A stretch of 64,000 bases of DNA from an uncultured delta proteobacterium (GTDB taxonomy: Bacteria > Desulfobacterota > Binatia > UBA9968), in the NCBI GenBank assembly GCA_963727625.1, contig CAVSHR010000011.1, forward strand, positions 1 to 64,000, in the 5' to 3' direction. Shown piece after piece: positions 49,513-57,959 of this stretch (position 1 is the first letter of the stretch; the number at the start of each line of letters is the position of its first letter). Position numbers and translations under genes: made by a program. Below the pieces are notes generated by a model. The model was not told where the DNA came from, searched no databases, and saw only the letters and a list, made by a program, of their open reading frames with translations.

Positions 49513-49616
49513 TTTAGCCCGCTTGGGACTGAAAGCCGACGAGATTCTAAATCTTTCGTTCTTGCAGCGCCTGCAACAAGAGCGGAAAGCTAAATCTCGC
49601 TAGAAAGGTTCACATC

Positions 49617-50411
49617 ATGGAGTTTCAAACGATATTGTTCGAAGTCCGAAATCAGATCGCGTACGTGACGTTCAATCGGCCGGAGTCGATGAACGCAATG
49701 AACCGACAGATGACTCAAGACCTCATTGTCGCCTGCCGGCAGATCGAAGAGGACGCGGATGTTCGCATCGTGATTTTTACCGGAGCGGGGGAAAGGGCGT
49801 TTTCGGCCGGCATGGATTTAAAAGAACGCGCCGAAACCGTGTTCTCGCCGATCGAACGACGCCAGCAGAAATTGACCAATACAATTTATACCCAGGCGCG
49901 CGCGGTGGCGGCGATCACCAAACCGACGATCGCTGCGATCCGGGGCTATTGCGTCGGCGGCGGATTAGAGTTTGCCTTGGCCTGTGATCTTCGGGTGGCG
50001 GCGGAAGACGCGAAACTCGGACTGATGGAAGTTCGGCGCGGCATCATCCCCGGCGCGGGCGGCACGCAGCGGCTGACGCGCGCCGTGGGCGTTACCAAGG
50101 CTATGGAGATGTGTCTCACCGGCGACTCCGTGAGCGGCCTCGAAGCAAAATCGCTAGGGCTGGTGAATAACGCGGTACCGTCGGCCGATGTGGTTGAAGC
50201 CGCCGAGGATCTGGCCAACCGGATACTCAAAGGGGCGCCCATGTCGGTGGCGTTTATCAAGGAAGCGATCAAAAAGGGCATCGAGTTGCCGCTGGAGGAA
50301 GGTTTGCGGCTGGAAGCGGATCTCTCCGCGCTGATCGGCAGTACAGAAGATGCCAAGGAAGGCCCTCGGGCATTCGCCGAAAAACGCGCGCCGGTGTGGA
50401 AGGGGAAGTAG
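49617..50411 (+). CDS. Enoyl-CoA hydratase/isomerase
   Basis: FNRPESMNA, AFSAGMDLKE, GGGLEFALACDLR, MEVRRGIIPGAGGTQRL. Confidence 0.93.
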   Translation: MEFQTILFEVRNQIAYVTFNRPESMNAMNRQMTQDLIVACRQIEEDADVRIVIFTGAGERAFSAGMDLKERAETVFSPIERRQQKLTNTIYTQARAVAAITKPTIAAIRGYCVGGGLEFALACDLRVAAEDAKLGLMEVRRGIIPGAGGTQRLTRAVGVTKAMEMCLTGDSVSGLEAKSLGLVNNAVPSADVVEAAEDLANRILKGAPMSVAFIKEAIKKGIELPLEEGLRLEADLSALIGSTEDAKEGPRAFAEKRAPVWKGK

Positions 50412-50494
50412 GCATGGGGCGCGAGGCTTGAGGTGTGAGTAGGAGCAAAGAGTATCGTATTTCCTCACGCCTCGTGCCTCAAGCCTCTCGCCCA
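50409..50494. repeat. 7-bp periodic inverted-repeat element
   Basis: TAGGCAT GGGGCGC GAGGCTT GAGGTGT GAG ... CCTCACG CCTCGTG CCTCAAG CCTCTCG CCCA; begins at the TAG stop. Confidence 0.85.
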
Positions 50495-50547
50495 GGTTGA
50501 TGAATTTAAATCGCTTAAAGTAAGCAGAGAAAATAAGGAACGCACGA

Positions 50548-51369
50548 ATGGCAGACGAGAAAGTTCTCTACGAGGTCAAAGATAAGCTCGCGTGGATCAC
50601 GCTCAACCGGCCGGAATCGTTGAACGCGGTCAACCGGGAGATGGTGAAATCGATCGTCGAATATTGCCGGCAGGCGGAGGAGGATCGAAACGTTCAGGTG
50701 GTGATCTTCAAAGCAAACGGTGAGCGGGCATTTTCCGTCGGCGGCGACATTAAGGATCGCGCGCGCCTCAATGCGACTACTGCGGCTGCGGAGCCGGCGC
50801 AGTCCCTGCTGGTGGCGCGTCAGGCGAAATACTCGGCGATTCCGGGAACTCCGGCGCCGGCCATCGCGGCGATCAACAAAATTACCATGGCGCTCGTTCA
50901 TGGCTATGTCGTGGGCACTGGGCTGCTGATGAGCCTGGCTTGCGACATCCGCATCGCGGCCGAAGGCGCGCGGCTCGGCCTCAGCGAAGTGCGGCTCGGT
51001 TTCATGGCGGGCTCCGGTGGAACGCAGCGAATGGCGCGGTTGGTCGGCATTCCCAAGGCTTTGGAAATCTGTTTGTCCGGCGAGCTCTACGACGCCGCGG
51101 AGTGTCACCGCATCGGGTTGGTCAATCAGCTGGTGCCCTACGATCAACTCGTCCCCGCCGGAGAGAAAATGGCCCAGTCGTTTCTCAAGGGCGCGCCCCT
51201 GGCGCTGCGCTATATAAAGGAAGCGATCTACAAGGGCAGCGAAATGACGCTGGAGCAGGGCTTGCGGTTCGAATCCGACCTGCAGAGCATGGTGATGCAG
51301 ACCGACGATGCCAAGGAAGGGCCGAAAGCTTTCGTCGAAAAGCGGCCGGCGAATTGGAAAGGAAGATAG
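50548..51369 (+). CDS. Enoyl-CoA hydratase/isomerase (paralogue, first catalytic Glu absent)
   Basis: LNRPESLNA, AFSVGGDI, GTGLLMSLACDIR, LSEVRLG...GGTQR. Confidence 0.92.
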   Translation: MADEKVLYEVKDKLAWITLNRPESLNAVNREMVKSIVEYCRQAEEDRNVQVVIFKANGERAFSVGGDIKDRARLNATTAAAEPAQSLLVARQAKYSAIPGTPAPAIAAINKITMALVHGYVVGTGLLMSLACDIRIAAEGARLGLSEVRLGFMAGSGGTQRMARLVGIPKALEICLSGELYDAAECHRIGLVNQLVPYDQLVPAGEKMAQSFLKGAPLALRYIKEAIYKGSEMTLEQGLRFESDLQSMVMQTDDAKEGPKAFVEKRPANWKGR

Positions 51370-51375
51370 CTGCTT

Positions 51376-51485
51376 GTTCAAAGTTCAATGGTTCAAGGTT
51401 CAACGCCGGAACCCATGGTCGATGCGTCCGTGCGTGCGGGTAGCGGATATCCGACGTAGAACGTTTGAGCGTTGAACGGTTGAAC
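51376..51485. repeat. 7/8-bp periodic inverted-repeat element (GTTCAA units)
   Basis: GTTCAAA GTTCAATG GTTCAAG GTTCAAC ... GTAGAAC GTTTGAGC GTTGAAC GGTTGAAC. Confidence 0.8.
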
Positions 51486-51492
51486 GAATTCC

Positions 51493-53022
51493 ATGGGTAG
51501 CAGTATTCCGATGCTGATGGGCGACGGCCTGCGCCGCAATGCGGGTAAATTTCCGCTCAAGATTGCGGCGCAGGATCGCTTTCGCGAAATTAATTATGGC
51601 GAGCTCAACGCGCGGGTGAATCAACTGGCGCATGGGCTGTTGTCCCTCGGTGTGCGCCGGGGCGACGGTGTGGCGCTGTCGGCGGGCAATTGCATCGAGC
51701 ATTTGGAGGTCATTTTCGCCACTGCCAAGATCGGCGCCTTGGCGATTCCCTTGGACGTGAAATGGAAAGCCCTGGAATTGGGCTCGGTGCTCGCCGCCCT
51801 GGAGCCGCGTTTTCTCATGCTTCAAGAAGATTGCATGGGGGAGTTCGACAAGGCGAAGCAACTCAAGGATCTGAGTTTTATCAAAACGGTTTTGCTCTCG
51901 CCGGACCGCAGCTACGGCGGACTTCTCGCCGGCCGCAGCTCGGCCGAGCCCGGCGTCATCGTCAACGAGGACGATCCCTTCGCAGTCTTGCTCACCTCCG
52001 GTACGACGGGGCTGCCAAAGGGTTGCCTGGCGACCCATCGCACTTTCGTCTTTCATTGTATCAACAACGCGATTGAAAAGGGGCTCGGCGTGCATGACAA
52101 AGCGCTTTTGTCCTCGCCGATCTATTTCAACGCCGGACGCTCGTTCACTCTCGGCATCATCTACTTCGGCGGCACGATGATCTTGCACGAGCGCTTCGAT
52201 GCGGAACAGGTGTTGGCAGCGATCGAGCGTGAGCGAGTCACATACATGGGTGCGGTGCCGACCATGTGCGAGCGCATGCTCCAGGTTCTCGACAGAAAAA
52301 CCTACGACACCAGCTCGATCCGTTGTCTGGCGATCACCGGCGGAAAGGTTCATCCGACGGTGTTGGGGGATTTGAAGCGGCGCGTGACACCGAACGTTTA
52401 CCGGACCTACGCATCCACCGATTGCGGGCAAATGGCGATCTCCAAACCGGGGGACGCGGAGAGCAAGTCCGGCGCGGCGGGCCGGCCGGTTTGGTGCGTC
52501 GATTTGCGGATTGTCGACGATCAGGATAGTTCCGTTAACGTCGGCGAGGTCGGCGAGATCGTTTGCCAAAGCCCGTTGGCGACCCATGGCTATTACAAGA
52601 ATCCCGAGGCGACCAGTGCATCGTTTCGCGACGGCTGGTTTTACACCGGCGATCTCGGCTACTTCGACGCCGACGGCTACCTTTACGTTGTCGGACGCAA
52701 AAAAGACATGGTGAAAAGCGGCGGTATCAGCATTTATCCGTTGGAGATCGAGAGCGTGCTTTATAGTCACCCCGATATAGTGGAAGCCGCGGTGATCGGC
52801 GTGCCGGACGATAAATGGGGCGAAGCGGTCAAGGCGGTGGTGGTGGCAAAGGGCGATTGCAAGCTCAGCGCGGAAAATTTACTGGTTTTTTGCAAGGACC
52901 GGCTTTCCGCGTACAAGGTGCCGAAGTCGGTGGAGTTCCGCGCCTCGTTGCCGCATACGGAGATCGGCAAGGTCAACAAAGTGAAATTGAAAGCCGAAAT
53001 TCTCGCCGAAATTAAAGCGTGA
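51493..53022 (+). CDS. Acyl-CoA synthetase (AMP-forming)
   Basis: LTSGTTGLPKG, YASTD, GWFYTGDLG, GRKKDMVKSGG, YKVPK, GKVNK. Confidence 0.95.
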   Translation: MGSSIPMLMGDGLRRNAGKFPLKIAAQDRFREINYGELNARVNQLAHGLLSLGVRRGDGVALSAGNCIEHLEVIFATAKIGALAIPLDVKWKALELGSVLAALEPRFLMLQEDCMGEFDKAKQLKDLSFIKTVLLSPDRSYGGLLAGRSSAEPGVIVNEDDPFAVLLTSGTTGLPKGCLATHRTFVFHCINNAIEKGLGVHDKALLSSPIYFNAGRSFTLGIIYFGGTMILHERFDAEQVLAAIERERVTYMGAVPTMCERMLQVLDRKTYDTSSIRCLAITGGKVHPTVLGDLKRRVTPNVYRTYASTDCGQMAISKPGDAESKSGAAGRPVWCVDLRIVDDQDSSVNVGEVGEIVCQSPLATHGYYKNPEATSASFRDGWFYTGDLGYFDADGYLYVVGRKKDMVKSGGISIYPLEIESVLYSHPDIVEAAVIGVPDDKWGEAVKAVVVAKGDCKLSAENLLVFCKDRLSAYKVPKSVEFRASLPHTEIGKVNKVKLKAEILAEIKA

Positions 53023-53046
53023 ACGCATTTGAAAGGAGTCATTCTT

Positions 53047-54042
53047 ATGAAGTTTCTTGATCGAGCTTCACTACTTTTCCTTTCCAGCCTGGGGATCTTC
53101 TGCACCGCTGCAACGGTGACGGCGCAGCAAAAAGTCAAATTTCCGGTGAGCGCGTCATCGAAGACGCTCGGCTATAGCCCGATGTGGGTGGCGAGCAGGC
53201 TCGGTTTTCTCGACCGCCAAGGGCTGGATGTTCAGCTGGTTTTGGTCAGCGGCGCCGACAAATCGACGATGGCGCTGGTCAGCGGCTCGGTCTACATCTC
53301 GAGCGGCGGCACCGACACCGTCATCGCGGCGGTGGAGCAGGGGGCGGATTTGGCTTCCATCGGCGGGATCATCAATGGCCTGACGCACTACATCATGGGA
53401 GGGAAGAAATTTCATTCCTTCGAGGATCTGCGCGGCGCGAATATAGGCTCGTCGGGTCTGACTTCGGGGACGGCTTTTGTCTTGCGGCGGGTGTTGCGGG
53501 CTAAGGGACTCGAGTATCCGCGCGATTACAGTTTAGTCAACGTGGGCGGCTCAGCGCAGTCGTTTCTAGCGCTTACCGCCGGCAAGATCGACGCGGCAAT
53601 CATCGCCGTGCCGCTCAATTACCAGGCGGCCGCCATGGGCCATCCGATCATCGCCAAGGTCGTCGATTTCATTCCCAACTACCAGCTCACGGAAGTGACG
53701 GTCAAGCGCTCGTGGGCCGAGAAAAACCGGACGCTCGTAGTTCGATTCATGAAGGGTCTAGTGTTGGCGATGCGCTGGATGTACGACAACAAGGAGCCGG
53801 CCATCGAGTTTTTATCCAAGGAGATGAAGCTCAAGCCGGAGCAGGCGCGGCGCGGCTGGGAATACTACACGGAAAACAAGATCTGGAACCCCAACGCCGA
53901 AACCAACGTCGAAGGCGTGCGAACGGTCATTCAGATTTCCGGCGAGCGCGGCGTGTTCAAGGGCGGGGCGTTGCCGCCGCCGTCAAAGTATCTGGACCAC
54001 AGCTATGTCGAGGAGGCGCTTAAAGATCTGGGCAGAAGATAA
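53047..54042 (+). CDS. ABC-type substrate-binding protein (NMT1/SsuA-like)
   Basis: Signal peptide; GFLDRQGLDVQLV, DLRGANIG, ALTAGKIDAA; AAGGAG RBS before MKFLD. Confidence 0.9.
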   Translation: MKFLDRASLLFLSSLGIFCTAATVTAQQKVKFPVSASSKTLGYSPMWVASRLGFLDRQGLDVQLVLVSGADKSTMALVSGSVYISSGGTDTVIAAVEQGADLASIGGIINGLTHYIMGGKKFHSFEDLRGANIGSSGLTSGTAFVLRRVLRAKGLEYPRDYSLVNVGGSAQSFLALTAGKIDAAIIAVPLNYQAAAMGHPIIAKVVDFIPNYQLTEVTVKRSWAEKNRTLVVRFMKGLVLAMRWMYDNKEPAIEFLSKEMKLKPEQARRGWEYYTENKIWNPNAETNVEGVRTVIQISGERGVFKGGALPPPSKYLDHSYVEEALKDLGRR

Positions 54043-54099
54043 ATAATTAAAAATGCAATATTAAGAATTGAAAATGGCGAAAGGGATTGGATTCGACAG

Positions 54100-54969
54100 A
54101 TGGATTTGCACCCACGGCAACGTAATTTTATTCACGATGGTTTGAAGCTCAGCTACTGGGAGTGGGGCGACCCGAAGGAGGAAACCTACGTCTTCGTCCA
54201 CGGCGTGCGCGATCAAGGCCGCAGCTGGGACCTTTTTCTCGAGGCTTTGATCAAGCGGGGCGTGCCGATCAAGCACGCGGTGGCACTCGATTTGCGCGGC
54301 CATGGCGACAGCGAATGGCCGAGCACGAGCCGCGGCTATCAGCACGAGGACTTTCTCACCGATTTGGCCGGCTTGCTCAAGCATCTCGAAAAGGAACCGC
54401 TGACGATCATCGGCCATTCGCTCGGCGGCAGTATGTGCCTGCTCTACGCCGCGGCGTTTCCCGAGAAGGTCAAGCGCCTGGTGTTGCTCGAATCCCTCGG
54501 CCCGTTCGCGCGCGCCGACGACGATGTGCCGAAAATCATCGCCGAACGTCTCAAGGGGCGCGATTACATCGAGATCCCGTTTCCCCATGAAACCCTGGAG
54601 TCCGCCGCCAAGTCCCTGCAGAAAACGTTTCCGCTGATCCCGGACAAGATAGCGTTGCACATGGCGCGCCATGGCACGAGCTTCAAGGGCGGGCGCTACC
54701 GCTGGAAGCATGATCCGATCCTGCGCTACCGCACGACCACGGCGATGTCCGAAGGACAGATCGAAGCCTTTATCCGTCGTTTGCAGTGCCCGATCCTGTT
54801 TGTCTACGGCACGGAGAGCGATTTCATAAAGTCGGTGCGCGGACGCCGCGCGCAGCTTTTTCCCAACGCGAAGATCGTTCCCGTCGAAGGAGCGGGCCAT
54901 CACATCCCCCATGAGAAGCCGGAGGAGCTGGCGGAGATTGTGGTGCCGTTTCTTTTGAACGGCGAATAA
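54100..54969 (+). CDS. Alpha/beta hydrolase
   Basis: FVHG, LDLRGHGDS, GHSLGG, GAGHHIPHE. Confidence 0.93.
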   Translation: MDLHPRQRNFIHDGLKLSYWEWGDPKEETYVFVHGVRDQGRSWDLFLEALIKRGVPIKHAVALDLRGHGDSEWPSTSRGYQHEDFLTDLAGLLKHLEKEPLTIIGHSLGGSMCLLYAAAFPEKVKRLVLLESLGPFARADDDVPKIIAERLKGRDYIEIPFPHETLESAAKSLQKTFPLIPDKIALHMARHGTSFKGGRYRWKHDPILRYRTTTAMSEGQIEAFIRRLQCPILFVYGTESDFIKSVRGRRAQLFPNAKIVPVEGAGHHIPHEKPEELAEIVVPFLLNGE

Positions 54970-54971
54970 CC

Positions 54972-55070
54972 GTTCCAGAGGTTTCAGGGGTTCCAGTTGT
55001 TCCAATCGTTAAAGAGAGAATCCCATTACGGTTAAGTTGGAACCTCTGAAACTATTGGAACGACTGGAAC
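54972..55070. repeat. 9-bp periodic inverted-repeat element
   Basis: GTTCCAGAG GTTTCAGGG GTTCCAGTT GTTCCAATC ... AGTTGGAAC CTCTGAAAC TATTGGAAC GACTGGAAC. Confidence 0.85.
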
Positions 55071-55088
55071 CAGCGATTATGGAGCGAA

Positions 55089-55547
55089 ATGATTATGTAT
55101 CTCTCCGCTGAACAGATCGCGGCGATGGAAAGCGTGCGCAGGATCCACAATCTCAATCCAGCGGCGATTCGAATGGACAAATCGCTTGGCGATGAAGCCG
55201 GGCTCAAGAACATCGGCATTCATCTGATTACGATTGCTCCCGGCGATAAGTCGACGGAGTTTCATTCTCACAAATATGAGGACGAAGCGATCTACGTCCT
55301 GTCAGGGCACGGTTCCGAAGCGATCGGAGATGAGACGCACAAAATCGGTCCGGGGGACTTCATCGGATTCCCCGCAGGCGGCCCGGCGCATGAAACGGTC
55401 AACGACGGCGCCGGGCCGTTGGTTTGTCTCGTCATCGGCCAGCGCCTCGCACAGGATGTCGTCGATTATCCGAATAAAGGCAAGCGGCTTTACCGTAACA
55501 GCGGCCAGCGCGATATGGTCGCCTACACGAACATTGAAAAGCGCTAG
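55089..55547 (+). CDS. Cupin domain protein
   Basis: STEFHSHKYEDEAIYVLSG, GDFIGFPAGGPAH, DVVDYP. Confidence 0.9.
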   Translation: MIMYLSAEQIAAMESVRRIHNLNPAAIRMDKSLGDEAGLKNIGIHLITIAPGDKSTEFHSHKYEDEAIYVLSGHGSEAIGDETHKIGPGDFIGFPAGGPAHETVNDGAGPLVCLVIGQRLAQDVVDYPNKGKRLYRNSGQRDMVAYTNIEKR

Positions 55548-55737
55548 CGCGTCCAGTCTTGGCGCGCTGACGACCTTTTGCAGTGGGTAGGGGCGGATTT
55601 CTATCCCTTCCTTGCAGTTTTTTCCGGCAACGACGATTTCCACGGGTGATTTTGCCCAAATGCACCGCCGGCCCGTTTGTATTCTGAAAAGTTGTTGCAT
55701 AAGTTGAGATCGATTTTGGAAACGTTGGGGGGAGACC

Positions 55738-56556
55738 ATGGCTGAATTGACAACCGTTTTACAAAAAATTGACGAAGATACCGGTGTCGCCTGGCTGACG
55801 TTCAACCGGCCGGAGAAGAAAAACGCCATGAGCCACAAATTCATGGCCGAGTTGATCGCGGCGCTGAAGGCCTTGGCGGACAATGAAAAGATCAAGTGCA
55901 TCGTCACGACCGGCTCGGGCGATTCCTATTCGTCGGGGCTCGATCTTTACGATCTGCGTGAGTCATGGAAGCGCAAGCGCGCCTGGGACCACGCCGGTAC
56001 CACCTACGAGATCGTCCGACTGCTGCGAAATATTCCTCAAGTTACGGTCGCGTCGGTGCGCGGCTGGTGCCTCGGCGGCGGTTTGGCTTTGATCAACGGC
56101 CATGACCTGTGCATCGCCGGGGAGTCGGCAAAGTTCGGCATGCCCGAAGTGATTCGCGGCAGTTACGGCGCGGTGGCGACGTCGACTTTGTTTCATAGCG
56201 GGATTCCAATCAAGAAGGCTTTTTACATTCAGCTCACCGGGAGAAATCTCACCGCCGCGCAGGCCGAGAGAATCGGATTGGTCTCCGAGGTCGTGCCTGA
56301 CGACCAACTGACGGCGTCCGTCGAGCAACTCGCCCAGGAGTTGGGCAGCCGCAACGGGGTAACCCTGGAGAGCGCCAAGATCGCCGCGTATATGCAAAAG
56401 GATATGGATTTCGCAACGGCGCTCAGAACCGATGACCTGGTTTCGCACCGCATGCGTTACTACACCAATCCGCTGAACGACGTGGAGGGCTATCTCCACT
56501 CGCAGAAGGGCGGCGGCACCACCGGCTACGTGAAGCCGGAGGATCGGAAGAAATAA
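55738..56556 (+). CDS. Crotonase-family protein, distantly hydratase-lyase-like
   Basis: FNRPEKKNAMS, SSGLDL, GWCLGGG, FGMPEVIRG, LTGRNL..AERIGLVS. Confidence 0.88.
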   Translation: MAELTTVLQKIDEDTGVAWLTFNRPEKKNAMSHKFMAELIAALKALADNEKIKCIVTTGSGDSYSSGLDLYDLRESWKRKRAWDHAGTTYEIVRLLRNIPQVTVASVRGWCLGGGLALINGHDLCIAGESAKFGMPEVIRGSYGAVATSTLFHSGIPIKKAFYIQLTGRNLTAAQAERIGLVSEVVPDDQLTASVEQLAQELGSRNGVTLESAKIAAYMQKDMDFATALRTDDLVSHRMRYYTNPLNDVEGYLHSQKGGGTTGYVKPEDRKK

Positions 56557-56641
56557 ATTCGTTCAAAGGTTCAATGTTTCCCCTGAAAATTTTCGAGTTC
56601 GATAATGGATTGTTCCTACTTTGAGTAGCGGAGGAGATGCG

Positions 56642-57772
56642 ATGTCTTTGCACACGCCGTTGTGTGATTTGCTGAATATTAAATATCCTATTATCCAGGC
56701 CGGCATGGGCTGGGATAAAGAAGGCCTGACGACACCGCCGGCGTTGGTCGCCGCAGTGTCGAATGCCGGTGGCCTGGGCTGTATCGGCGGCAGCTCGATA
56801 CGGCCTGAAGTTATCCGCGAACGGATCCGTGCGGTTCGGCAACTGACGGACAAGCCCTTCGGCGTCGATATCACATTGCCAAAAATGGAAGACGTGAAAA
56901 TTGCCGACCCTGACGAAGTGCACAAAGAGATCGAAGAAAAGTTTCCTAAACACGCCAGGTTCAACGAAGAGCTGATTCCTAGACTTGGCTTGACGCCGCA
57001 GCCGCCGGATCGCAAGAGCTGGGTGAAGACACCGAAGGCGACGCGCGAGCAGCTAAAAGTTATTCTCGAAGAAAACGTGCCGATCCTGATCATCGGCCTG
57101 GGCGACACCGCCGAAGTCGTGCCCTTGGCGCACGAGCGCGGCATCAAAGTCATGGCGCTCGCCGGTGCGGTCAAGCATGCACTCAGTCACGCGCGCAAGG
57201 GTGCCGACGTGATTATTGCTCAGGGGTATGAAGCCGGCGGCCACACCGGAACCATCGGCAACTTTCCCTTGATCCCGCAGATCGTCGACGCTGTGCGGCC
57301 GAAGCCGGTGGTCGCCGCCGGCGGGATCAGCGACGGTCGCGGCGTGGCGGCGGCATTGGCCTTGGGCGCGGTGGGTGTCTGGTGCGGTACGACGTTCCTG
57401 GTGACCCGAGAGGGGGGCATCAATCCGATTTACAAAAAGCAGATTCTCAAGGGAAGCTCCGAAGACTTTGTCCGCACGGCCTACACCAGCGGCCACTTTG
57501 CGCGCCACTATCGCAGCGACGTTATCAAGGCCTGGATGGGCTCGGGGCTCGACGCCATGCCGACGCCGTACCAGGGCAACGCGATGGACGAAGTACGGCG
57601 CGCGGCGGAAGCGGCGGATCGTGTCGATCTCTTGCATGTTCCCGGCGGTCAGGTTGCCGGAATGTTGAGCGAGGAGCGCAATGATGTTCCGGCGAAGGAG
57701 ATTGTCGAGCGCATGGTTTCAGAGGCATCGCAAATATTAAATGATATGCGCAGTCGATACGTGGGAGCCTAA
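56642..57772 (+). CDS. Nitronate monooxygenase / FabK-like flavoprotein
   Basis: IKYPIIQAGMG, AAVSNAGGLG, AQGYEAGGHTG, VAAGGISDGRG, GGQVAG; GGAGGAG RBS before MSLHT. Confidence 0.92.
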   Translation: MSLHTPLCDLLNIKYPIIQAGMGWDKEGLTTPPALVAAVSNAGGLGCIGGSSIRPEVIRERIRAVRQLTDKPFGVDITLPKMEDVKIADPDEVHKEIEEKFPKHARFNEELIPRLGLTPQPPDRKSWVKTPKATREQLKVILEENVPILIIGLGDTAEVVPLAHERGIKVMALAGAVKHALSHARKGADVIIAQGYEAGGHTGTIGNFPLIPQIVDAVRPKPVVAAGGISDGRGVAAALALGAVGVWCGTTFLVTREGGINPIYKKQILKGSSEDFVRTAYTSGHFARHYRSDVIKAWMGSGLDAMPTPYQGNAMDEVRRAAEAADRVDLLHVPGGQVAGMLSEERNDVPAKEIVERMVSEASQILNDMRSRYVGA

Positions 57773-57780
57773 GGCAAAAA

Positions 57781-57914
57781 AATCCGAAATTCGAATATCG
57801 AAATCCGAAACGCAGCGGAAATCAAAATAGCCGCGGGCAAATCGCAAAGCGGTTTCGTTTCTAAATTTGGAAATTTGAAGTTGTTTCAAATTTCGGATTT
57901 CGTGCTTCGGATTT
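57781..57914. repeat. 7-bp periodic inverted-repeat element
   Basis: AATCCGA AATTCGA ATATCGA AATCCGA ... TTTCAAA TTTCGGA TTTCGTG CTTCGGA TTT. Confidence 0.85.
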
Positions 57915-57959
57915 TGTTGGATTCAACTTTAGATAAGGAAAGCAGGATTCAAGATAACT

